Source: an uncultured Flavobacteriaceae bacterium (lineage in GTDB: Bacteria > Bacteroidota > Bacteroidia > Flavobacteriales > Flavobacteriaceae). Taken from it: 64,000 nucleotides of DNA. The stretch lies in assembly GCA_947501625.1 (NCBI GenBank), contig CANMWN010000001.1, positions 381,319 to 445,318 of the forward strand, read 5' to 3'. A program made the position numbers and the translations under genes. This document shows, piece after piece, positions 18,573-26,052 of this stretch. The notes beneath the pieces are model-generated. The model had not been told where the DNA came from. It ran no database searches and saw nothing but the letters and a program-made list of their open reading frames with translations. Positions within the stretch are counted from its first letter, which is position 1, and the number at the start of each line of letters is the position of its first letter.

Positions 18573-18847
18573 CAGACCTGCTAAACCAAATTATTTAGTA
18601 TAGTGATATTTAAAATTAATATCACCTTTGCTGGGCATCGAGCCAAAACGATGCACCAACTTTTACTAAACATAATTTGGCTCTGCAATTTTTGCTCCCA
18701 ATAATCGAAATTTGGCAAATAACGCAAGACTCGCTTGCTATTCGATAAATTATTATCAGATTGATATAGGAAGTCTAATATCTGATAATAATTGCCCAAA
18801 TTCCTTATATTTACTCAAAAATTACAGAACTACGTTTAGCAGGTCTG
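18573..18847 (+). ncRNA. Candidate retron non-coding RNA (msr-msd) or small TIR-bounded element: 275 bp flanked by perfect 14-bp inverted repeats, multiple internal hairpins
   Basis: cagacctgctaaac (18573-18586) and gtttagcaggtctg (18834-18847) are exact reverse complements (a1/a2-like). The interior has hairpins gtgatatt/aatatcac, gcatcg/cgatgc, atcgaa[gcaag..cttgc]ttcgat, and a 14-bp perfect stem aattattatcagat/atctgataataatt (18748-18761 / 18780-18793) near the 3' end, as expected for an msd stem. It lies downstream of the RT and ends 28 nt before the mutY stop. Confidence 0.35.
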
Positions 18848-18875
18848 ATACATAAAATTATACTATACGCCATAA

Positions 18876-19919
18876 TTATGTGATTTTGATAAATTGTTCA
18901 ATAAAACTATCTATCAGTCTTGGTACTGGAAAATCATGAATATTTTTCCAATCAATAATTAAATCTTTTTTAGTTGTTTTCAAAATCCAAAAATGCGTGT
19001 ATAAATGTTGGTGAGATAGTTTATGTACAATTTCTTGCGAGTTATATAAACTCAATTCATACATTTCTTTTCCAACTATTTTTTTGAATTGCATATCTTT
19101 TGCCAACTCATTTTTATCAATAGTTTTGTCAGTTTCAATCAAAGGAAACTCATATAATCCTTGCCAAATTCCTTTCTGTGTTCTTTGATTTAAAATAGTC
19201 TTATCGTCAGGAGTAACAACAACCAAATAATTAAAGTATCGTTTCTTTATCTTAATTTTCTTCTCCTTGCAAGGCAATTCTTTGATTTTCTTTTTCTCAA
19301 GTGCAATACACTTATCATTCAGCGGACAAATATCACAGTCAGGATTTTGAGGTTTACACATTCTTGCACCAAACTCCATAATCGCTTGATTATGAGTCGC
19401 AGAATTTTTAACATCAATTAATTCTTGCGCCAATTCTTTAAAATACTTAATCCCTTTGGTTGAATTTATTGCCAAGTCAACACCATAAAAACGTGCTAAC
19501 ACTCTATATACATTACCATCAACTACTGCAGTTGGTTCATCAAAACAAATAGAAGCAATTGCCGAAGCTGTATAATCTCCTACTCCTTTTAACTTTAGTA
19601 TTTCTTTATAAGTAGCAGGAAAATTCCCGTTTAACTCCTTAACAATATAGTTGGCAGAGAAGTGTAAATTTCGTGCTCTAGAATAATAACCTAATCCTTG
19701 CCATAATTTTAGCACTTCTTGAATATCGGCATTAGCCAAATCAAAAACTGTTGGATATTTTTCTATAAAATTCAAATAATATGGCAGTCCTTGATCTACT
19801 CGAGTTTGCTGTAAAATAATTTCGGACATCCAAATAAAATATGGATTGGTCGTTTGCCTCCAAGGCAAATCTCTTTTATTGTCTAAGTACCAATTTATGA
19901 GAATGTTAGAAAAATTCAT
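18876..19919 (-). CDS. mutY: A/G-specific adenine DNA glycosylase MutY
   Basis: 347 aa; HhH-GPD glycosylase core with the 4Fe-4S cluster loop (C.....C..C.L...C) and a C-terminal NUDIX-like domain. Confidence 0.9.
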   Translation of the reverse strand: MNFSNILINWYLDNKRDLPWRQTTNPYFIWMSEIILQQTRVDQGLPYYLNFIEKYPTVFDLANADIQEVLKLWQGLGYYSRARNLHFSANYIVKELNGNFPATYKEILKLKGVGDYTASAIASICFDEPTAVVDGNVYRVLARFYGVDLAINSTKGIKYFKELAQELIDVKNSATHNQAIMEFGARMCKPQNPDCDICPLNDKCIALEKKKIKELPCKEKKIKIKKRYFNYLVVVTPDDKTILNQRTQKGIWQGLYEFPLIETDKTIDKNELAKDMQFKKIVGKEMYELSLYNSQEIVHKLSHQHLYTHFWILKTTKKDLIIDWKNIHDFPVPRLIDSFIEQFIKIT

Positions 19920-20028
19920 TTACTATAGATAGAAAGACAAAAATACATGAATTAACCACTTAAGTAAGAACTTTTATTCTTTTAAATTTTAACCATTTAA
20001 CCTTTTGATGTTGAATTTATTATATATA

Positions 20029-20036
20029 TATTTGCA
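20029..20036 (+). promoter_or_regulatory. Bacteroidetes sigmaA -7 box (TAtaTTTG) upstream of hup
   Basis: tatatttg is about 42 nt upstream of the HU start codon, in the divergent mutY/hup intergenic region. Confidence 0.4.
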
Positions 20037-20077
20037 CTCTTTTAAAATTTAAAACCCAATTATAAACATATATAAAA

Positions 20078-20368
20078 ATGACAAAAGCAGAAATTGTATC
20101 GAGTATTTCAGAAAAATCAGGTATTGAAAAAGGTGATGTTTTAGCAACAGTTGAGGCATTTATGGACGAAGTAAAAGATTCTTTAGAAAACGGTGAGAAT
20201 GTATATTTAAGAGGATTTGGAAGTTTCATCATCAAGACAAGAGCTGAAAAAACTGGAAGAAATATTTCTAAGAATACAACAATAAAAATTCCTGCTCATA
20301 ATATACCTGCTTTCAAACCTGCAAAAGTGTTTGTAGAAGGAGTAAAGAGTAAAGTAGCTGTAAAATAA
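20078..20368 (+). CDS. hup: DNA-binding protein HU
   Basis: 96 aa; canonical HU/IHF sequence (MTKAEIV..I......K.D....V.AF.D.V...L..GE.V.L.GFGSF....RA...GRN..). Confidence 0.92.
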   Translation: MTKAEIVSSISEKSGIEKGDVLATVEAFMDEVKDSLENGENVYLRGFGSFIIKTRAEKTGRNISKNTTIKIPAHNIPAFKPAKVFVEGVKSKVAVK

Positions 20369-20405
20369 TTATAGCATTATAACAATTTAAAAATAGTATA
20401 GAATT

Positions 20406-20498
20406 ATGCCAAGTGGTAAAAAAAGAAAAAGAGCTAAGATTTCTACGCACAAGCGTAAAAAGAGAGCAAGAGCTAACAGACACAAGAAGAAGAAGTAA
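20406..20498 (+). CDS. 30-aa extremely basic micro-protein (MPSGKKRKRAKISTHKRKKRARANRHKKKK); possible ribosome-associated peptide
   Basis: ATG at 20406 and TAA at 20496-20498, 38 nt after hup. It is not in the ORF track because it falls below the length cutoff. It is 60% Lys/Arg. The function call is speculative. Confidence 0.3.
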   Translation: MPSGKKRKRAKISTHKRKKRARANRHKKKK

Positions 20499-20649
20499 GT
20501 TTTAACTTACTTTTTCTTTTATTAGAAAAAACAAACGTTCTTTGAAAATGAAACTTTAAAAACATTAAAGTTTCTACAGGTTAAAACCCTGTGAAAATTT
20601 ATAAACCAATCTATATAGAAATTTTATATAGATATAAAACAAACTCGGA

Positions 20650-22182
20650 GTGAAGACAGAACTAATAATAAGATCCGGTTCCTCTGATATTGATTTTGCC
20701 TTATTAAAGGATGGTAAACTTATTGAATTAAATAAGGAAACAAATGATAACAAAATCTCGGTTGGAGATATTTTCCTTTCCAAAATTGGAAAGACTCTTA
20801 CTGGATTAAACGCAGCTTTTGTAAATGTAGGCTACCAAAAAGATGGTTTTTTACATTATCATGATTTAGGTGCACAGTTATCATCGCTTTCCAAATTCAT
20901 TAAAGGAGTAAACACAGGCAAACAAAAAGATTTCACTTTAAAAAATTTCCATTTTGAAAAAGATATTGATAAAAATGGAAATATCAATGATGTACTTAAA
21001 ACAGGACAAGATTTATTGGTTCAGATTGTAAAAGAACCAATTTCTACCAAAGGACCTCGGCTAAATGCTGAGCTCTCAATTGCTGGTAGATATTTAGTTT
21101 TAGTTCCTTTTTCGAATCGTATTTCGGTATCACAAAAGATTGCCGACAACAAAGAAAAAGATAGATTAAAACGATTAATGAAAAGTATTAAACCTAAAAA
21201 TTTTGGAGTTATCGTAAGAACTGTTGCACAGAATAAAAAAGTAGCAGATTTAGACAAAGACTTACAGAATTCTTTAGAAAGATGGGTGGCTATGTGCAAG
21301 CAAATAAAAAGATCAAAGGCACCTACCAAAGTTTTAAGTGAATTAAACAGAGCATCTTCTATTTTAAGAGATGTATTTAATGATTCTTTCAGCAAAATTG
21401 TCGTAGATGACGAATCTCTTGCAACAGAGATTAAAGATTATCTACAAGAAATTGCTCCAGAAAAAGAATCGATAGTGAAACTACACAAATCAAGTATTCC
21501 GATTTTTGAAAAATATGGTATTGAACGCCAAATCAAAACATCATTCGGAAAAACTGTTTCTATGAGTAAAGGAGCATATTTGGTTATTGAACATACCGAA
21601 GCATTACACGTTATTGATGTAAATAGTGGTAATCGTTCTAATAAAGCCAAATCGCAATCCGATACTGCCCTTGAAGTAAATTTATTGTCGGCTACAGAAA
21701 TTGCTAGACAATTACAATTACGAGATATGGGAGGAATTATAGTTGTTGATTTTATCGATATGCACAAAAGTGAAGATCGTCAAAAACTATATGATCATTT
21801 AAGAAAAGAAATGGCGTTTGATCGTACAAAGCATAAGATTTTACCTCCAAGTAAGTTTGGATTGGTTCAAATAACTCGACAAAGAGTTCGACCAGAAATG
21901 GTTATTAAAACAAGAGAGCCAAACCCAAATCAAAATGGAGAAGTAGAAGCGCCAATTGTATTGATTGAAAAAATTGAAAATGAACTTGATAAATTAATGA
22001 GTTTCAAGAAGTATAAAAAGATTGTGCTAAATGTACATCCTTTCATTGCTTCATACCTTAAACAAGGATATCCATCTATACAAGTTAGATGGTTCCTAAA
22101 GTACAAAAAGTGGATTAAAATTTTGCCTCGTGATGCTTACCAGTATTTACAATATCGTTTTGATAGACAAAAAGATAAGTAA
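20650..22182 (+). CDS. rng: Ribonuclease G/E family endoribonuclease
   Basis: 510 aa; S1 domain followed by the RNase E/G catalytic core (DVNSG motif, Zn-link-like C-terminus). GTG start. Confidence 0.85.
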   Translation: MKTELIIRSGSSDIDFALLKDGKLIELNKETNDNKISVGDIFLSKIGKTLTGLNAAFVNVGYQKDGFLHYHDLGAQLSSLSKFIKGVNTGKQKDFTLKNFHFEKDIDKNGNINDVLKTGQDLLVQIVKEPISTKGPRLNAELSIAGRYLVLVPFSNRISVSQKIADNKEKDRLKRLMKSIKPKNFGVIVRTVAQNKKVADLDKDLQNSLERWVAMCKQIKRSKAPTKVLSELNRASSILRDVFNDSFSKIVVDDESLATEIKDYLQEIAPEKESIVKLHKSSIPIFEKYGIERQIKTSFGKTVSMSKGAYLVIEHTEALHVIDVNSGNRSNKAKSQSDTALEVNLLSATEIARQLQLRDMGGIIVVDFIDMHKSEDRQKLYDHLRKEMAFDRTKHKILPPSKFGLVQITRQRVRPEMVIKTREPNPNQNGEVEAPIVLIEKIENELDKLMSFKKYKKIVLNVHPFIASYLKQGYPSIQVRWFLKYKKWIKILPRDAYQYLQYRFDRQKDK

Positions 22183-22204
22183 AGCATTACTCAATATCAA
22201 AGAA

Positions 22205-22242
22205 GTAAAAAACCCATTGCAAAATTGCAATGGGTTTTTTTA
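22205..22242. terminator. Bidirectional Rho-independent terminator between rng and umuD
   Basis: aacccattgcaaaattgcaatgggtt hairpin with an A-run 5' and a T-run 3', so it can serve the convergent genes on both strands. Confidence 0.7.
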
Positions 22243-22265
22243 TGCTAAAATATTATTTTTAACTT

Positions 22266-22703
22266 CTACACACTTTTTATAACATTGGTAACAATTCCCC
22301 AAATCAAGAAATTATTTTCTTCGGTTATTTCAATAATTGGATAATCTGGGTTTTCAGGTTTTAACCATACTTTACTGCCATCTACTCGCAATCTTTTTAC
22401 GGTAAATTCACCATCAATAAAACAAACAGCAATTTTATTATTAGTTGGTTCTATACTTCTATCAATCACCAATAAATCCTTATCATTTATACCAGCATCA
22501 ATCATCGATTGTCCACTTACTTTCGCGAAAAAAGTCGCTTCTTTATTCTTTATCAGTTCTTCATCTAACGAGATTCTAGTTTCTCTAAAATCATCGGCAG
22601 GAGAAGGAAATCCAGCAGAAATACCTGTGTCAAAAAAAATAGCGCCATCGCTATCAGTTGCTTTTGGGTTAAAAAAAGTTAAGGGTTGTGTGTCTAATTT
22701 CAT
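22266..22703 (-). CDS. umuD: UmuD-like S24 peptidase (translesion synthesis accessory protein); start trimmed to the internal Met
   Basis: Colinear with E. coli UmuD (FPSPA.D....RI.L...LI....ATFF.K.SG.SMID.GI.D.DLL..D......N..I....DGEFTVK.L); Ser (GQSM) and Lys (KRL) catalytic dyad; no HTH. The listed ORF start at 22793 would overlap umuC; the Met at about 22703 avoids this. Confidence 0.8.
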   Translation of the reverse strand: MKLDTQPLTFFNPKATDSDGAIFFDTGISAGFPSPADDFRETRISLDEELIKNKEATFFAKVSGQSMIDAGINDKDLLVIDRSIEPTNNKIAVCFIDGEFTVKRLRVDGSKVWLKPENPDYPIIEITEENNFLIWGIVTNVIKSV

Positions 22704-22720
22704 TTTATAAAAATAAGGAA

Positions 22721-23974
22721 TTATTTTACGTTTATCACTTCGTTTATATTTGTTGTGTATTTTGGAGATAAGCGCTCTTGACGCATTTTCCAAGTGCGTT
22801 GCAAATCTTGGTTTGCAAGTTTTATTTTATCGGCTTTAAACTTTTTATTAACCTTATCAATTGCACTCATCAAAGACTTGTGCTTTGGATTTTCTTGAGT
22901 AAATAAATCTAATTGAAAATTATTTTCGGGAACCAAACCTGTAACAATAACACCTGCACGTTTATATTTTATGCCTTTTTTAAAAATTGATTCAACTGCC
23001 TCAACGGCTGCTTTACTTATGGTAAGTGATGAATTTGTAGGCTGTGAAAATAGTATAGTTTTACTTGCTCTATGCTGTTCGGTATCTTTTTTATGTCTAT
23101 GGCTACTCAGCAATATAATAATCATATAACAACTACTTTTTTGGTTACGCAATTTTTCTGCACTACTCATAGCAAACGTAGAAATTCGTTCTTTAATATT
23201 GTTTAGGTCAGAAAAAGTAGTTTCAAAACTTCGTGTAGTTGCAATGGACTTTTTGTTTTTAAGTTTGTTTAACCTTAGTGTAGGCTTGCCTAATAAGTCT
23301 TGTTGTAATTCCCACAATGTTATAGAATACGTTTTGCGAACCCATTCACTGTTCAATTGTGTAAAATCATAAGCGGTTATACAGCCTCTTGCCTTTAATT
23401 TTTTTTGCAATCTATATCCTATTCCCCAAACTTTTTCAATCGATAGCCATTTCAATGCTTTTATTCTTTTTTCTTCAGAATCTATGACACAAACTCCTTT
23501 ACTTTGTTTAAGGTTTGTACGCGCAATTTTATTAGCAATTTTACTCAGACCTTTGGTTGGTGCAATTCCTACACAAGTTGGAATTCCTGTCCATTGCAAA
23601 ATTCGCTCCCTTATTTTTAATGCTTCCTTTTGATAATCAAAATCTTTAAAACCTCTGAATTCCAAAAAAGCCTCATCAATAGAATAAATTTCAACATCTG
23701 GAGAAAATTGCCCTAAAATACTCATTACACGTTCACTCATGTCTCCATATAAGGGATAATTAGAAGAAAACACATGGATATTATTTTCACGACAAACTCT
23801 TTCCCACTTAAAAATAGGCGCACCAAAAGGCAATATTTTTTTTACCTCATCACTCATAGAAATAACACAGCCATCATTATTGGATAATATGGCGACTGGT
23901 TTATTGCGCAATTGCGGTTTAAAAACACGCTCACAAGACGCATAAAAATTATTACAATCTACAAGGGCAAACAT
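22721..23974 (-). CDS. umuC: Y-family DNA polymerase V catalytic subunit UmuC
   Basis: 417 aa; N-terminus MFALVDCNNFYASCERVF.P.L..KPV.VLSNNDGCVI is near-identical in pattern to E. coli UmuC. Confidence 0.85.
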   Translation of the reverse strand: MFALVDCNNFYASCERVFKPQLRNKPVAILSNNDGCVISMSDEVKKILPFGAPIFKWERVCRENNIHVFSSNYPLYGDMSERVMSILGQFSPDVEIYSIDEAFLEFRGFKDFDYQKEALKIRERILQWTGIPTCVGIAPTKGLSKIANKIARTNLKQSKGVCVIDSEEKRIKALKWLSIEKVWGIGYRLQKKLKARGCITAYDFTQLNSEWVRKTYSITLWELQQDLLGKPTLRLNKLKNKKSIATTRSFETTFSDLNNIKERISTFAMSSAEKLRNQKSSCYMIIILLSSHRHKKDTEQHRASKTILFSQPTNSSLTISKAAVEAVESIFKKGIKYKRAGVIVTGLVPENNFQLDLFTQENPKHKSLMSAIDKVNKKFKADKIKLANQDLQRTWKMRQERLSPKYTTNINEVINVK

Positions 23975-24010
23975 GTTATAAAAATACTAATTATTATAGT
24001 ACATTTGAGT

Positions 24011-24646
24011 ATGCGTAAACTGTTAAAATTTGGGTTGAAAATTGGTATCCTTATTGTAGCTGTTATTTTTATTTCCAATGTTTATGTTGAACAAAAAGCA
24101 AAAGGAAAAACATATAATAGTGTCAATGATATTCCGTATAATAAAGTTGGTTTAGTTCTAGGAACCTCAAAGTATGTTGCTAGCGGACGCGTAAACTTAT
24201 TTTACCAATTTAGAGTAAATGCCGCAATAGAATTATACAAGGCTGGAAAAGTCAAGTATATTATTGTGAGTGGTGATAATGGGACAAAAAATTACGATGA
24301 GCCAACAGCATTTAAGGAAGATTTGATTAAGGGTGGAATTCCAGCAGAAAATATTTATTTAGATTATGCAGGATTTAGAACATTAGATTCGGTAGTGAGA
24401 TGTAAAGAAATATTTGGGCAAGAATCAGTAACAATTATTTCTCAACAGTTTCACAACAAACGTGCAATTACGATTGCGAATGCTAAAAATATTGATGCAA
24501 TAGGTTATAACGCGCGTGATGTTGGAGGTAATAGCGGAACAAAAGTTAAAATTCGTGAATTGTTGGCGCGCGTTAAATTGAGTTTAGATTTATTGTTTCA
24601 TAAACAGCCTAAATTTCTTGGCGAAAAAGTTATTATTCCTGATTAA
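24011..24646 (+). CDS. SanA/YdcF-family (DUF218) membrane-anchored protein
   Basis: N-terminal TM anchor then a DUF218 core (YIIVSGDNG...YDEP......L...G.P...I.LDYAGFRTLDS). Start chosen at MRKLLKF; the ORF extends upstream to 23912 and overlaps the umuC start on the opposite strand. Confidence 0.65.
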   Translation: MRKLLKFGLKIGILIVAVIFISNVYVEQKAKGKTYNSVNDIPYNKVGLVLGTSKYVASGRVNLFYQFRVNAAIELYKAGKVKYIIVSGDNGTKNYDEPTAFKEDLIKGGIPAENIYLDYAGFRTLDSVVRCKEIFGQESVTIISQQFHNKRAITIANAKNIDAIGYNARDVGGNSGTKVKIRELLARVKLSLDLLFHKQPKFLGEKVIIPD

Positions 24647-24849
24647 TCTTCAACGTACTCCAAGATATCTGAAGGCTGGCAATCTAATGCCTTGCAAATA
24701 GCTTCCAACGTAGAAAAACGTACGGCTTTTGCCTTGCCAGATTTTAAAATAGAAAGGTTGGCAGTAGTAATTCCAATAATTTCTGCCAAGTCTTTACTTT
24801 TCATTTTGCGCTTGGCAAGCATCACATCAAGGTTTACAATTATTGCCAT
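24643..24849 (-). CDS. XRE-family helix-turn-helix transcriptional regulator (YozG-like)
   Basis: 68 aa; a classic Cro/C1 HTH (LAKRKMKSKDLAEIIGITTANLSILKSGKAKAVRFSTLEAICKALDCQPSDIL). Confidence 0.8.
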   Translation of the reverse strand: MAIIVNLDVMLAKRKMKSKDLAEIIGITTANLSILKSGKAKAVRFSTLEAICKALDCQPSDILEYVED

Positions 24850-24851
24850 AG

Positions 24852-25373
24852 TTATATTGTTAATTCGTTTTCAACTTGTAATTCAATACCTCTTTTGACT
24901 ATTTGTGCAAAAATAAAGATAATTCCTGCCAAGAAAATAAAATCACTAGAGAATAAATCCATTGGAAACTCATATCTCTTTCCAAGAAATTGCACATGTG
25001 TATTATGAATCATTGCAATAATCCATAAGAAGAAAATATTAGAACTTATCTTTTGCATCATTGTGTGAACTTGAGTGTTGAATGGTTTTTCTAAATTTAA
25101 CTTGCTCAACAATTTTGTAATCAACAACGCAATGTATGCTTCAATTGCAAATATGAATACTTTATAACCTACAATCATAGAATATTGATAAAAACTATGA
25201 TTGTAATAATCCCAAAGATTTAAGTCACCAAACATATTTTTTGATGCTTCAGGATTCCCAACACTTATAAAATAATTGATGAGTATAACACCAGTTTTGA
25301 TTAACAAACCAATAAAGACTGCCCATGCAATCACATACATTATTTTTAATAAATTTTCTGTTTTTGATCTCAT
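24852..25373 (-). CDS. DUF2975-like four-TM membrane protein (partner of the XRE regulator)
   Basis: 173 aa; membrane topology and pairing with a 68-aa XRE HTH gene 3 nt downstream. The C-terminus ends in ENELTI, as does its upstream paralog. Confidence 0.45.
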   Translation of the reverse strand: MRSKTENLLKIMYVIAWAVFIGLLIKTGVILINYFISVGNPEASKNMFGDLNLWDYYNHSFYQYSMIVGYKVFIFAIEAYIALLITKLLSKLNLEKPFNTQVHTMMQKISSNIFFLWIIAMIHNTHVQFLGKRYEFPMDLFSSDFIFLAGIIFIFAQIVKRGIELQVENELTI

Positions 25374-25375
25374 AA

Positions 25376-25939
25376 TTATATAGTTAAATCGTTTTCATTT
25401 TTTATCATTGTACCTTCTTTAAAAACCTCAGATAAGAAATACAATAGATAACCTAAGATTATGAATATTATCAATTCAGTTGATACCAAATCTATAATTC
25501 GATTGTTAGTTTTTGACCAAAATAATAACACAATATCAATAGTATAAGTGCCAAATGCAAAAATCAAAAATGACTTTCCTGCTTTCTTAAATGAATTGCT
25601 GATTCCTTCTTGAAAAAAATTATTTTGTGAGAGCAATTTTATTGTTCTATTAAGGTAAATTAATCCTTTTATTATAAAACCATAAAGTAGTATATATAGA
25701 ATTGCGAATATTAAATATGTAGTAATTGATAATTTGACGTTACTATTTGTTATATCTACTTTTGAAAAAAAAGGTTCTTTTGGTAAAACCCAATTTTTTG
25801 ATAATTGAAAAGTCCATTTTAAATTTTCTAATATTTTAATAAAAACAAATACTATCGCAATAAAATAAACTGTGTTAAATGCTTTTATGCCTTTTGAAGA
25901 TGATTTATGCCTCATTGTTAAAAAAATTTGTTTGAGCAA
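25376..25939 (-). CDS. Membrane protein, paralog of the adjacent DUF2975-like gene
   Basis: 187 aa, multi-TM; the C-terminus KNENDLTI resembles the VENELTI end of the downstream gene. Confidence 0.4.
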   Translation of the reverse strand: MLKQIFLTMRHKSSSKGIKAFNTVYFIAIVFVFIKILENLKWTFQLSKNWVLPKEPFFSKVDITNSNVKLSITTYLIFAILYILLYGFIIKGLIYLNRTIKLLSQNNFFQEGISNSFKKAGKSFLIFAFGTYTIDIVLLFWSKTNNRIIDLVSTELIIFIILGYLLYFLSEVFKEGTMIKNENDLTI

Positions 25940-26052
25940 ATATATAAAAATTATTGAAAAACAACAATAAATTATTAAAAAAAGATATTTTATTGATTTT
26001 TGTGAAGTTTGTTAAAGAGTTGAAATTATGATTATCTATATTTGTTTTATAA

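Noticed and set aside
18581-18799. 72-aa minus-strand ORF lying inside the inverted-repeat-bounded structured element downstream of the RT
   Set aside because: It has no recognisable domain and no promoter-like context, and its frame runs through the 14-bp stem and the other hairpins. It is more parsimonious to treat it as an incidental ORF in structured non-coding DNA. It should be revisited if the element proves to be protein-coding in homologs.
20020-20235. 71-aa minus-strand ORF overlapping the hup start
   Set aside because: It is antisense to the well-supported HU gene and its promoter, and has no homology.
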